In this document: positions 18,860 through 28,925 of the stretch, piece by piece
How positions within the stretch are numbered: position 1 is the stretch's first letter
Layout: each line of letters opens with the position of its first letter
Origin: an uncultured Halanaerobiales bacterium
GTDB taxonomy: Bacteria; Bacillota; Halanaerobiia; Halanaerobiales; M55B127
Reading direction: 5' to 3'
Assembly: GCA_964526845.1 (NCBI GenBank)
Contig: CAZGMM010000003.1
Location: 1-61,037, forward strand
DNA length: 61,037 bases
Translations under genes and position numbers: made by a program
The notes under the pieces: model-generated
Databases searched by the model: none
What the model was told of the DNA's origin: nothing
Seen by the model: the letters and a program-made list of their open reading frames with translations, nothing else

Positions 18860-21625
18860 CTACTCTGCTGTTTGTTGACTCATATCGTTTAATTGATTTA
18901 ATACATTATTTAATTCTTCTAATAAATTACCATATTCTGACCAGTTACCCTCTTGTTGAGCCTGTTGAGCTTGTTGGAATAGTTCATAAGCTCTTTGAGC
19001 TAAGCCCTGCATGTCTTCCGGTAAAGCTGGTTGCTCTTCTCTTTGTGGTACTTCTTCTGAAATTTCTTCTTCAGTTTCTGCACTACCAAATATTTTTGCC
19101 AAAGCACCATCTAAAGTTTCATCCATTACAATTTGTCCACCATAACTTACTACAACTCTTTTGAGTTCAGGTATTTCGCTTGCTTCAGCCTGCAAGTAAA
19201 TAGGTTCAACATAAAGTATGGAGCGTTCAATTGGATAAACTATCAGATTTCCTCTAATAACCCTAGATCCTCTTTGACTCCAAAGAGTTAATCTTTGAGA
19301 GATTTCAGAATCCTGATCAATTCTTGATTCAATTTGACTTGGACCAAACACAAGAGTGTCTTTTGGGAATTGATATTCTAAAAGTTCCCCGTAATTTTCA
19401 CCATCAGATCTACCTGCTATCCAGGAAATCATATTATTTCTATTTGCAGGAGTGAAAGGAAGCATTAAAATAAATTCCAAATTATTATTACCGGGTAATT
19501 TACTAGTAATATAATAGGGCTCCATCTGAATACTGCTTCCTGCATAATTTTCATTTGGAATATTCCAAACATCTTCCTTATTATAAAAGACAACCGGATC
19601 CTGCATATGGTAAGTCGCATAAACCTGGGTTTGAATACTGAAGAGATCTTTTGGATATCTGATATGAGCTCTTATATCTTCGGGCATCTCTTCCCCATCT
19701 AAAAATACATCAGGGAATATCTTCTGATAGGTTTTTGCGATCGGATCCTCATCATCCACTACATAATATTTCATAGTTCCATTATAGGCATCAATAACAA
19801 CTTTAACTGAATTTCTAATATAATTACCTACCCCTCTCACAGGTTGGGAATAAGGATACCTATCTGTAGTTGTGTAAGCATCTTGAATCCAGAAAAGTCT
19901 ACCATCAGAAACTACGAGGTAAGGGTCACTATCAAATTTTAAGAAAGGAGCAACTCTCCTAACTCTTTCTTTAATATTTCTATGATACATAATTCTACTG
20001 TCGGGGTTAATATCATCATTTAAGAGAAATTTTAAATTGTTAAATCTAAGAGCATACACGGCTTTCTTAATAAAATTGCCCATTAATACTCCACCGGTTC
20101 CATCATAATTTATATATACATTCTCATCCCCCTGTGGATAATGAAACTCAGTAGAGTCAGTATTAGCGATTACATATTCATCTGTCTTTTCTCCATAATA
20201 GATTGCAGCATTATCAAGAGGGATATTAACATTTACTTTGGTTGGAATATCTTTCATAAAAAATTCAGGTAAACCTTCTTCTGTAACCATATTAACTGGA
20301 CTCATTGTAACTCCATAACCATGAGTATATTTTAATTTTTTATTAATCCAGGTTTGAGCTTGACCGGATAATAGGGCTTGATTCATCTCTCTAGCACCTA
20401 GCATTACCTGACGATAATCCCCGTCAATATTATATCTATCAACATCTATATTTTGAAAATCATAGTACTGCCTTAAAGTCTGGATCTGATTATAGGTAGT
20501 TAGTAATGGTCTGTGGTCCCATAACCTAATATTTTTAATAATCTCATCATTTTCTTGTAAATCTTCGTAGGTCAAACCATCTTCAACCTTAAAATCTGTG
20601 TTTTTAATCTCATTTAAATCATAAGCTTCTAAGGTCATTTGTATATTGTGATTTATATAAGGACGTTCTCTGTTAATTTCATTAGGTTCTACCTGAAATC
20701 TCTGGACAAATCCAGGATAAATACCGCCGAATATTAAAGAAGTTACAATCCAGATACCCAGTCCCCAAGCTAATAATTTGTAATTTTTCCTAAACAAACT
20801 AACTAACAGACCAATAGCAACAGCTATTGCAATTACGAATAGGATTCTCAGGCCCAATAAATTAGCATTAATATCCGTATAACTCGCTCCAAAGGCTACA
20901 CCCCGTGACGAGTATAACAGCTCATACATCGCTAATCTATAGTCCCAGGCCTTTAAAAGTAAGAAAATTGAAAGTAGGATAGTTATATGACCTTTAGCTC
21001 GATTTGATAATTTAACTTTAACTTCCGAAAAGGAACTTATACCGGAAGCTATAAAGTAAATTACACCTACTACAATTATTGTCAGGACGATTAATACCAT
21101 ACCCATTTCTTTAATGAAACTGTAAAATGGGAGGCTGAATACATAAAAAGCAATATCCCTATTAAAGATTGGATCTGTGGTTCCAAACGGGGTCTGATTG
21201 AAATACTTAAGAACTATCTTCCAGAGCTCTGAACTAACCGAACTGAAGAGAAATCCTAAGACTAAACTGATAATTATATATAACCAGTTTAACTTCCTTT
21301 TATCTAACCAGTTTAAAAAACCCTGCCCTTCTTCTTTAAATAGGGTTTCTACATTTTCACTGTCCACCTTTTCTTTTTTAAAATACTTATAAAATAACTT
21401 TTTAGTAAAGGAAAGGTTAATATAAACAAAAACAGCAAAAATTACACCTATCAATACTCTTAAACCAAAATTAGAGAAAAACATCAATAAGAACGCTTTT
21501 AGATAACCAAGTTGATTAAACCAGGCCCATTCTGTAAAAAAGTTAGCACCGGCAAATATGGCTATTAATAAAGCAATAAAAATAACAAATATTATTGAGA
21601 ATAAATATCTAAAACCTTTTTTCAT
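18860..21625 (-). CDS. UPF0182 family membrane protein
   Basis: DPIFNRDIAFYVF, NIRLWD, YTHGYG, NYIRNSVKVVIDAYNG, PELKRV motifs. Confidence 0.93.
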   Translation of the reverse strand: MKKGFRYLFSIIFVIFIALLIAIFAGANFFTEWAWFNQLGYLKAFLLMFFSNFGLRVLIGVIFAVFVYINLSFTKKLFYKYFKKEKVDSENVETLFKEEGQGFLNWLDKRKLNWLYIIISLVLGFLFSSVSSELWKIVLKYFNQTPFGTTDPIFNRDIAFYVFSLPFYSFIKEMGMVLIVLTIIVVGVIYFIASGISSFSEVKVKLSNRAKGHITILLSIFLLLKAWDYRLAMYELLYSSRGVAFGASYTDINANLLGLRILFVIAIAVAIGLLVSLFRKNYKLLAWGLGIWIVTSLIFGGIYPGFVQRFQVEPNEINRERPYINHNIQMTLEAYDLNEIKNTDFKVEDGLTYEDLQENDEIIKNIRLWDHRPLLTTYNQIQTLRQYYDFQNIDVDRYNIDGDYRQVMLGAREMNQALLSGQAQTWINKKLKYTHGYGVTMSPVNMVTEEGLPEFFMKDIPTKVNVNIPLDNAAIYYGEKTDEYVIANTDSTEFHYPQGDENVYINYDGTGGVLMGNFIKKAVYALRFNNLKFLLNDDINPDSRIMYHRNIKERVRRVAPFLKFDSDPYLVVSDGRLFWIQDAYTTTDRYPYSQPVRGVGNYIRNSVKVVIDAYNGTMKYYVVDDEDPIAKTYQKIFPDVFLDGEEMPEDIRAHIRYPKDLFSIQTQVYATYHMQDPVVFYNKEDVWNIPNENYAGSSIQMEPYYITSKLPGNNNLEFILMLPFTPANRNNMISWIAGRSDGENYGELLEYQFPKDTLVFGPSQIESRIDQDSEISQRLTLWSQRGSRVIRGNLIVYPIERSILYVEPIYLQAEASEIPELKRVVVSYGGQIVMDETLDGALAKIFGSAETEEEISEEVPQREEQPALPEDMQGLAQRAYELFQQAQQAQQEGNWSEYGNLLEELNNVLNQLNDMSQQTAE

Positions 21626-21649
21626 TTAAAGCCACTCCCTTCTATTATA

Positions 21650-22933
21650 TTAACGAAATTTCTTCGTTAACTGTTCTACTTTTTTATAAACCTTTTCTTC
21701 GTTTATCTTGATTAATACACGGTTTTCCATAACTATCTCGCCATTTACAATAACAGTATTCACATCACATCCATTGCCAGCGTAAAATATATTGGATAGG
21801 TAATTATAGGAAGGATACTGATGGGGATTATTTTTCACATTAATTAATACTAAATCCGCTAAATAACCTTCCTTGATCTCTCCTAAGTTTGGTATTCCTA
21901 AAGTTTTAGCCCCATTAACAGTTAGCATTTTCATATTCTCTTCAATAGGTAAAACCGTTGGATCACCGGTTGCAACTTTTTGTAGATAAGAACCGAGGCG
22001 GGCTTCCTCTATTAAATCTAAATTATTATTACTGGCCGCACTATCGGTTCCATATGAAACATTTATTCCATTATCCATAACCTTTTTAATTGGAGCAATC
22101 CCACTGCTTAATTTCATATTGCTGGCCGGATTATAAGCAACTCCCACATCTTTATCAGCCAATATTTCAATATCCCTGTCACTTACATGTACACAATGGG
22201 GAGCTATAACCTTTGCCTCAAATAAATTAATTTTATCGAATAATTCCACTGTACTTAAACCATATTTATCCTGCATAAAGCCTAGCTCATCGTCTGTTTC
22301 ACTGATATGGATATGTATTAATAAATTGTTAGCAAGTGCTTTATCTCTTATCTTTTCTAAGTAATCAGCACTACAGGTATAAGGTGAGTGGGGTCCAAGG
22401 GTTGTTTTGATTCTACCATCAGCCTTATTTTGCCATTTTAAAGCAAAATCAACTGAATCGTTTAGACCCTCCATCCCATCATTATCTTCGATTAATCCTT
22501 CACTTAAAACGGCCCTGATCCCTGATTTTTTTACGACTTCTGCTACCTTATCCATTTGGAAGTACATATCTGTAAAGGTGGTAGTACCTGTTTTGATCAT
22601 CTCTACCACTGCCAGCATAGCACCCCAATAGATATCTTCTCTTGTCAGTTTTGCTTCGGCCGGCCAGATATTATCACTAAGCCACTTGTCCAACTTAAAA
22701 TCGTCAGCATAACCTCTCAAAAGGGACATCGAACTATGGGTATGGGTATTTATTAAGCCGGGTAAAACAACCATATCACTACAGTCTATTACACGGTCAT
22801 GATCATTATTGACAATATCATCATCTTTGGTAACTCTTTTAATTTCCTTACCCTCTATTTCTATATGCTTATACTCACTGAGATCTTGAGAAGGACTATA
22901 GATCTCTTTAATATTTTTTAATAATATATTCAT
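21650..22933 (-). CDS. mtaD: 5-methylthioadenosine/S-adenosylhomocysteine deaminase-like amidohydrolase
   Basis: GLINTHTH, GPHSPYTC, HIHISET, HCVH, GTDSAASNN. Confidence 0.8.
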   Translation of the reverse strand: MNILLKNIKEIYSPSQDLSEYKHIEIEGKEIKRVTKDDDIVNNDHDRVIDCSDMVVLPGLINTHTHSSMSLLRGYADDFKLDKWLSDNIWPAEAKLTREDIYWGAMLAVVEMIKTGTTTFTDMYFQMDKVAEVVKKSGIRAVLSEGLIEDNDGMEGLNDSVDFALKWQNKADGRIKTTLGPHSPYTCSADYLEKIRDKALANNLLIHIHISETDDELGFMQDKYGLSTVELFDKINLFEAKVIAPHCVHVSDRDIEILADKDVGVAYNPASNMKLSSGIAPIKKVMDNGINVSYGTDSAASNNNLDLIEEARLGSYLQKVATGDPTVLPIEENMKMLTVNGAKTLGIPNLGEIKEGYLADLVLINVKNNPHQYPSYNYLSNIFYAGNGCDVNTVIVNGEIVMENRVLIKINEEKVYKKVEQLTKKFR

Positions 22934-22949
22934 ATTAATCTCCTTATAA

Positions 22950-23459
22950 TTACATTTTTTGGTAAGCGTTGCGAATATAATCTAAAGCAGAGATAATATT
23001 AATAGGTATTACGACATAAAATAAGAGCATATCAAAAAATTTAATATCTAATAAACTAGCTGCAATAGCTACATATAATAAGAATATAGATATTTTTCCC
23101 AAGCGGGTCGGTTCGATTAAATCCTTACCCATAAGATACATGATACCAGAACCAAACAAAACAAAAACTTCTCTGGTCAGTAAAGTGATTGTAATAACCC
23201 TGGGTAATAAGTCCATGTAAATTAAAACCGCTAATATACTAATCAGGGTGAGCTTGTCAGCCAAAGGGTCAAGTAATCGACCTAAATCTGTTTCCATATT
23301 GTATTTTCTAGCCAGATAACCATCTAGAAAGTCTGTTACACCAGAAAGCGAAAAAAATACTCCGCTTAATATATATTCTCCCTGTAAAAAGAAATATAAA
23401 TAAACAGGAATTAATAGTAATCTGACTACGGTTAATGTATTCGGATAATTTAATAGCAT
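22950..23459 (-). CDS. CDP-alcohol phosphatidyltransferase (PgsA-like)
   Basis: PNTLT and TDFLDGYLARKY...GRLLDPLADK; start at 23459 behind GGAGG. Confidence 0.9.
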   Translation of the reverse strand: MLLNYPNTLTVVRLLLIPVYLYFFLQGEYILSGVFFSLSGVTDFLDGYLARKYNMETDLGRLLDPLADKLTLISILAVLIYMDLLPRVITITLLTREVFVLFGSGIMYLMGKDLIEPTRLGKISIFLLYVAIAASLLDIKFFDMLLFYVVIPINIISALDYIRNAYQKM

Positions 23460-23474
23460 AGAAACCTCCAAAAA

Positions 23475-23783
23475 CTATTGATCTTCTAAAAACTCTTCTT
23501 CAGTTATAAACTCACCATTTTCAATACTCTGATTAATTATATTATAATTTTTATCAAATATAACATCTATAACTACATTATTATAACATTTATCACAGAC
23601 TATGACTTTATTAATTTTATGCTTGCCATCAACCTCATCATTGTAAATCCTCTGGATATCATAACCCTTCCTTAATACCACTCGCATCTTATTACCGCAT
23701 TTTTTATCTTTTACATAAAGTTTAACGAGTTTTGAATCAGAGGATGGAGTAAAAAAATCTTTGATTTTATCAAATAAGCCCAT
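23475..23783 (-). CDS. Small hypothetical protein with DxxC and CxxC motifs
   Basis: SD GGAGGT before MGLFDKIKDFF; DKKCG and CDKC. Confidence 0.75.
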   Translation of the reverse strand: MGLFDKIKDFFTPSSDSKLVKLYVKDKKCGNKMRVVLRKGYDIQRIYNDEVDGKHKINKVIVCDKCYNNVVIDVIFDKNYNIINQSIENGEFITEEEFLEDQ

Positions 23784-23820
23784 CTTAAATACCTCCAGAT
23801 AATAGGGATTTAATTTATAC

Positions 23821-23862
23821 AAAAATATGCCATGAGTTCCTCAATTGAAACTCATGACATAT
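23821..23862 (-). terminator. Intrinsic terminator after ferritin
   Basis: ATATGTCATGAGTT...AACTCATGGCATAT then TTTT. Confidence 0.8.
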
Positions 23863-23881
23863 ACTAAATTTTATTATCTCT

Positions 23882-24403
23882 TTATTCACTTTCCTCTGCA
23901 TATTCAGCTGTATCTAAAGTTCTACTGCCTAATTCTCTATCAAGCATGAATATTCCTTGGCCGGATTCGCCAATTCTTTTTAATTTATTTACTATCTCGT
24001 CAGCTGAAGCTTCTTCTTCTACCTGTTCATCGATAAACCAGTTGAGGAAAGAAGCAGTTGCGTGATCTTTTTCTTTTACCGCAAGGTCATATAATTTATT
24101 AATTCTATCAGTAACTTTTGTTTCATGTTCATAAGCATCTTTAAATGCTTCCAGAGGAGAGTCCCAATCTGCTTTAGGTTTTTCAATTGCATCTAATCTT
24201 ACACGTCCACCTCTTTCATTAATGAAATTAAAGAATTTTTGGGCGTGTAGTAACTCTTCTTGTGCCTGTATATGCATCCAGTTTGCAAAACCAGTTAAAT
24301 CTTCATCTTCAAAGTATGCTTCCATTGCATAATAGAGGTAACCAGAGTAGATCTCAGCATTTATTTGTTCATTAAGCTGCTCTTCCATCTTTTCACTTAA
24401 CAT
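23882..24403 (-). CDS. ftnA: Non-heme ferritin
   Basis: QINAEIYSGYLY, QEELLHA, HET and WFIDEQVEEE ferroxidase motifs. Confidence 0.95.
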   Translation of the reverse strand: MLSEKMEEQLNEQINAEIYSGYLYYAMEAYFEDEDLTGFANWMHIQAQEELLHAQKFFNFINERGGRVRLDAIEKPKADWDSPLEAFKDAYEHETKVTDRINKLYDLAVKEKDHATASFLNWFIDEQVEEEASADEIVNKLKRIGESGQGIFMLDRELGSRTLDTAEYAEESE

Positions 24404-24441
24404 TAATATCCCTCCTGCTATATTTAATTATTCATACTTAA

Positions 24442-24470
24442 ATTATAACTTAATTTGTTATTTATTGCAA
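24442..24470 (-). promoter_or_regulatory. Sigma-A promoter of ferritin
   Basis: TTGCAA-N17-TATAAT. Confidence 0.75.
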
Positions 24471-24473
24471 GAT

Positions 24474-24950
24474 TTACAAATTGTGTTGATTGAGGTCAAA
24501 ACGCTTTTTTAAGACCTGTATTAAAGGGTAACCTAAAAGCAGTACAACCACTGCTTCACTGATTGAAATTTGTACCACAGTAACCCAATAAGGTATTTCA
24601 AATAAAAGGTGTAAATAGATACTGATTAAAAATCCATTTAAAACAATTGGGCTTAAGTAGGCTAAAAAAGTACCCCGGAAATAATAGGTACCATAGGCAG
24701 CTAATAAAGTTACTAAACTCCCGCCGATAATATCTATCATACCTAAACCACCGATAATATTGGAAAGTAATACCCCCAGGAATAAAGCAGGGATTGCTTC
24801 CGGAAATAAGATGGGAAGAACAGTTAAGGCCTCAGCGGCTCTGAACTGTAAGGGACCAAAGCTAACAGGTGATAAAATATAGGTAATTATAACATACAGG
24901 CCTGCTATTAAGGCTCCCCTAGTTAAATACTTAGTATTCATCAAAATCAC
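24474..24950 (-). CDS. queT: QueT-family transporter (ECF S-type)
   Basis: ALIAGLYV, SFGPLQFRAAEALTVLP and DIIGGSL motifs. Confidence 0.88.
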   Translation of the reverse strand: MILMNTKYLTRGALIAGLYVIITYILSPVSFGPLQFRAAEALTVLPILFPEAIPALFLGVLLSNIIGGLGMIDIIGGSLVTLLAAYGTYYFRGTFLAYLSPIVLNGFLISIYLHLLFEIPYWVTVVQISISEAVVVLLLGYPLIQVLKKRFDLNQHNL

Positions 24951-25741
24951 TCACTTTTATTTTTGTCGACTACTTTATAGGAAAATCTATGGTAAGGACA
25001 GGGCCCAGATTCTTTAATTACATCAATATGTTCTTTAGTACCATATCCTTTATTACTTAAAAAATTATACATTGGATAACTATTATGTAGTTCATCCATA
25101 ATCCGATCTCTGGTTACTTTGGCAATAATAGAAGCTGCACTGATCGAATTTACTTTTAAATCTCCACTTACAATTGCTTTTTGCTGAATATTTATATCCG
25201 GTATTGTATAACTGCCGTCTATCAATAAATACTCCGGCTCTTTTTCTAAATCCAAAACAGCCCTTCTCATTGCCAGGAATGTAGCCTGATGAATATTCAA
25301 ACGATCAATAATAGTATTACTTACAATCCCTAACCCGACTGCCACCGCTTTGTCTAATATGATATCAAATAGTCGTTCTCTTTCTTTAAAACTTAATTTC
25401 TTAGAATCTGTTAAACCTAAAATAGGTTCTTTTGAATCTAAAATGACAGCTGAAGAAACCACGGGACCGGCTAACGGGCCGCGCCCGGCTTCATCAATAC
25501 CAGCCACTAGTTGATAACCTTCCTTTTTTAGGTTATATAAATGATTGTTCTGCTGGTGCCACTGAATTATTTTTTCCTGTTTTTTTTCTTTTTGTTTTTC
25601 TATCTTGGCGGCAATCTTATTGACACCCTTGCGATTATCGCTATTTAACTTTTCAATGATACTATCATCGATCTTTTCAATATTCTCATACTCATTAATA
25701 AACTTCTTGATCTCTTTTATCGTCATCCCTTCAAAATTCAA
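24947..25741 (-). CDS. rnhB: Ribonuclease HII
   Basis: GIDEAGRGPLAGPV, DSKKL, LIDG, ISAASIIAKVTRD; likely TTG start at 25741 or ATG at 25726. Confidence 0.96.
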   Translation of the reverse strand: MNFEGMTIKEIKKFINEYENIEKIDDSIIEKLNSDNRKGVNKIAAKIEKQKEKKQEKIIQWHQQNNHLYNLKKEGYQLVAGIDEAGRGPLAGPVVSSAVILDSKEPILGLTDSKKLSFKERERLFDIILDKAVAVGLGIVSNTIIDRLNIHQATFLAMRRAVLDLEKEPEYLLIDGSYTIPDINIQQKAIVSGDLKVNSISAASIIAKVTRDRIMDELHNSYPMYNFLSNKGYGTKEHIDVIKESGPCPYHRFSYKVVDKNKSE

Positions 25742-26591
25742 AATTATCACTTCCCGGTTTTTCAAGTGAAACTCTTCCTAATTTACCATTCTGATAGTCA
25801 TTGACCAAAAGCTTGGCAGCCCTATTTCTATCAACCTTACCACCACTCATCAAACAGCCCCTAACCCTCCCGATCTTGGGAAGGACATCATAGGGATGTT
25901 CCCCCTGATATATTTCTATATCATAAGTTTTCTCAACTACACTTAACCGCTCTAACTGACGCAGGTACTTTAATAGTTTGTAAGCGGCCAATTCTGTATC
26001 CACTTTCTTTAAAGCTATAGCTCCGGTTAAGACCAGCTTATAGGCTACATCTTCATCCTCTGCTTTGGGAAATAAAATGCCGGGCATATCTAAAAGCTCA
26101 ATTTTATCGGTCACTTTTATCCATTGTTTACCCCTGGTTACACCGGGTGTATTACCAGTTTTAGCAGATGACTTGCCCCCGATAGCATTGATCAAGGCCG
26201 ACTTACCCACATTGGGAATCCCAATAATGATGGCTCTCACCGGTCTTTCCTTGATACCTTTTTGCCTTCTTTTTTGATTTATTTCAGTCTGTTTTTCTTC
26301 CATTAAATTAATTAATTTTTTAATACTAGAATTTTTTACAGCATTTACCTTTACACAATTGACAGTTTTTTCAATTGTATTTTGCCATTCATCTGTATAT
26401 TTTTGCTCAGCCAAGTCCTTTTTATTTAATACAATAATTTTTTCCTTATTTTCAATAATTCCTTTTAGCTGCTTATTATGACTGGCATAGGGAATACGCG
26501 CATCTAAAACTTCCACCACAAGGTCTACATTCTTCAAATTTTCTTTTAATACCCTTTTAGCCTTGGCCATATGGCCGGGATAGATATTCAT
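25731..26591 (-). CDS. rbgA: Ribosome biogenesis GTPase RbgA/YlqF
   Basis: PGHM, DARIP, LNKKD, GIPNVGKS, PGVT and DMPG circularly permuted GTPase motifs. Confidence 0.96.
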   Translation of the reverse strand: MNIYPGHMAKAKRVLKENLKNVDLVVEVLDARIPYASHNKQLKGIIENKEKIIVLNKKDLAEQKYTDEWQNTIEKTVNCVKVNAVKNSSIKKLINLMEEKQTEINQKRRQKGIKERPVRAIIIGIPNVGKSALINAIGGKSSAKTGNTPGVTRGKQWIKVTDKIELLDMPGILFPKAEDEDVAYKLVLTGAIALKKVDTELAAYKLLKYLRQLERLSVVEKTYDIEIYQGEHPYDVLPKIGRVRGCLMSGGKVDRNRAAKLLVNDYQNGKLGRVSLEKPGSDNFEF

Positions 26592-26610
26592 CTTTGCTTG
26601 CCTCCAATAA

Positions 26611-26646
26611 TAAATAAAGGGTGCTGGATAAAATCCCTCACCCTTT
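26611..26646 (-). terminator. Terminator-like hairpin after rplS
   Basis: AAAGGGTG...CACCCTTT then ATTTATT. Confidence 0.65.
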
Positions 26647-26654
26647 TAAAGTCA

Positions 26655-27029
26655 TTATATCTCTCTTTCTTCGCTTTGCTCTCTTTTTGCTTTCTTTTCT
26701 TTAATGCGAGCTTTTTTACCTTTTCTTTCTCTTAAGTAATATAATTTAGCTCTTCTTACATCACCTTTTCTGACTACTTCAAAATTTTGAATCCTAGGTG
26801 AATGGACCGGAAAAGTTCTTTCAACACCTACCCCGTGGGAAAACTTTCTAACTGTAAAGGTTTCAGTAATCCCACTGCCTTTACGGGAAATAACTACACC
26901 TTCGAATTGCTGTAATCTTTCTTTACCGCCTTCAACTACTTTGACCTGTAAACGGACGTTATCTCCAGCAATGAATTCTGGGATATCGTCTCTCATGTTC
27001 TCCTTATTTATATTATCAATAATATTCAT
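26655..27029 (-). CDS. rplS: 50S ribosomal protein L19
   Basis: [42 protein letters not shown]; start at 27029 behind AAAGGAGG. Confidence 0.98.
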   Translation of the reverse strand: MNIIDNINKENMRDDIPEFIAGDNVRLQVKVVEGGKERLQQFEGVVISRKGSGITETFTVRKFSHGVGVERTFPVHSPRIQNFEVVRKGDVRRAKLYYLRERKGKKARIKEKKAKREQSEEREI

Positions 27030-27070
27030 TTGTCTACCTCCTTTCAGTAACATATATTGGAATATTTTTT

Positions 27071-27628
27071 TTAGGACAGAAGCCTATCCATAATTATAGA
27101 AGCAGCACTTCTGACCGAAAGATGATTATAATCTGTATTACCTGTAACCGGTTCTAAAAGGTAATCAGATTTTTCAATAATTTCTTTTGTTAGTCCCCAA
27201 CCGGTACCAAATATTATCAGATACGGCTGGTCTGTATTATGCATCTTCTCTTTTAAATCTGTAAAAGATATAGTTTCTTTACTCTTTTTAGCACTGGTTG
27301 TAATGAGGGTTGGTTTTTCACCTGTGTGCTTTTTTATGTCTTCAATAGTGTCTTCTAAGGTATCGGCTATTTCCATTACCTTAAAGGCTTCATGTCTTGT
27401 ACCATTGTAATCAGCCCCAAAACCGCTAGTCCAGTAATCCCTCATCCTTTTTACTAAAGACTGCTGGGACTTTAACTGATTAACTACATAATATTTATTT
27501 ATACCATAGGTCCTGGCTGCTCTGGAAATATCATGTAAATCATAGTTTGTAACTGTTGTGGTTATTACTTCCCCATCTTTATTATAGACAGGATGATGTA
27601 GTAGTGCAATAAAAACATTTTTATTCAT
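27071..27628 (-). CDS. Tm1570-like SPOUT RNA methyltransferase
   Basis: [45 protein letters not shown]; ATG at 27628 overlaps the trmD stop. Confidence 0.88.
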   Translation of the reverse strand: MNKNVFIALLHHPVYNKDGEVITTTVTNYDLHDISRAARTYGINKYYVVNQLKSQQSLVKRMRDYWTSGFGADYNGTRHEAFKVMEIADTLEDTIEDIKKHTGEKPTLITTSAKKSKETISFTDLKEKMHNTDQPYLIIFGTGWGLTKEIIEKSDYLLEPVTGNTDYNHLSVRSAASIIMDRLLS

Positions 27629-28376
27629 TATTTGAATCTCCCTCAATATCTTGTTTGATCTCACGCAGCAGTTCCTTTTGGTCTTGTGTTAACTCAGTAT
27701 TTTCAATTAAGTCAGGTCTCATTAAATAGGTTCTTTTTAAGGCCTCTTTTTTTCTCCACCTATCAACTAATTGATGGTTACCGCTTAACAGTATTTCGGG
27801 CACTTCCATTCCTTTAAACTCTTGCGGCCTCGTATAATGAGGATAGTCCAGGATTCCATTATAAAAAGAATCATTCTTTTTAGATTGATCATGGCCTAAA
27901 ACTCCGGGCAGCAGCCTGGCAACCGCATCTACTAAAACCATGGCCGGAATTTCTCCCCCGGTCAGGACATAATCACCTATGGAAACTTCCTGGTCCACAA
28001 AGTTATTACGGATACGTTCATCAATGCCTTCATAGTGTCCACAGATTAAGACCAAGCGGTCTTTTTCACTTAAATCTTTTACCATGGACTGGTCTAACTT
28101 TTGGCCGCGTGGGGTTAATAGTATGTTAGTGGTTGATTGACTGAAATCTTCTGTGATATCGGCTAGTGCATAATAGATCGGTTCTACTTTCAGAACCATA
28201 CCGGCCCCACCACCATAAGGATAATCATCGGCAGTATTATGCTTATCAGTAGTATAATCTCGAATATCAATTAAATTAATATCTATAATACCGTTTTCAC
28301 GGGCCTTCTTGATCATACTATCTGAAAAGGGGCCATTAAACATTTCAGGAAACAATGTTAAAATATCAAATCTCAT
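27621..28376 (-). CDS. trmD: tRNA (guanine-37-N1)-methyltransferase
   Basis: [36 protein letters not shown]. Confidence 0.98.
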   Translation of the reverse strand: MRFDILTLFPEMFNGPFSDSMIKKARENGIIDINLIDIRDYTTDKHNTADDYPYGGGAGMVLKVEPIYYALADITEDFSQSTTNILLTPRGQKLDQSMVKDLSEKDRLVLICGHYEGIDERIRNNFVDQEVSIGDYVLTGGEIPAMVLVDAVARLLPGVLGHDQSKKNDSFYNGILDYPHYTRPQEFKGMEVPEILLSGNHQLVDRWRKKEALKRTYLMRPDLIENTELTQDQKELLREIKQDIEGDSNNE

Positions 28377-28393
28377 TTATTACACCCCAAAGC

Positions 28394-28909
28394 CTATAAA
28401 TTTAGGATCCCATTAACTGGATCGATAAATATCCTTTTCGCTTTAATATCTATCTTTTTTATATATTCTTGACTCATTGGAATCATGTATTCTTTTGTAT
28501 CACCTTTTATAATTAGGATATCTGTACCACCGGTATCAATTACATCTAAAACCTTACCAAGAACTTTTTCATCCGGTAAGATAACTGAGGAATCGATCAA
28601 ATCATCCACATAAAACTCATCTTCAGCCAGAGGTAAAAGTTCATCTTCTGCAATCTTTACCTCATAATTTCTATACTCTAAAGCTTCGCCAATATCATCT
28701 ATACCTTTTAGCTTAAGAATAACAAAATTTTTATGAAGCCAGATATCTTGAACAGTCTTGGTTATCTTTTCAGATTGATCAGGGCTTACCAGTATTACCT
28801 CTGCCAGGAACTCGAATCTCCTTAGATCATCAGTATAAGGGGCTACTCTTACTTCACCTTTGTTACCCTGATTTTTTGTTATTTTACCCAGTGATATTAA
28901 CTTTTCCAT
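28394..28909 (-). CDS. rimM: Ribosome maturation factor RimM
   Basis: GKITKNQGNKGEV, DEFYVDDL, PRC-barrel C-terminus; conserved position. Confidence 0.95.
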   Translation of the reverse strand: MEKLISLGKITKNQGNKGEVRVAPYTDDLRRFEFLAEVILVSPDQSEKITKTVQDIWLHKNFVILKLKGIDDIGEALEYRNYEVKIAEDELLPLAEDEFYVDDLIDSSVILPDEKVLGKVLDVIDTGGTDILIIKGDTKEYMIPMSQEYIKKIDIKAKRIFIDPVNGILNL

Positions 28910-28925
28910 TTTTATACCACCATTA

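Noticed and set aside
27621-27664. Possible programmed frameshift fusing trmD to the Tm1570-like gene
   Set aside because: The downstream gene has its own SD and ATG, and I saw no slippery site or stimulatory structure.
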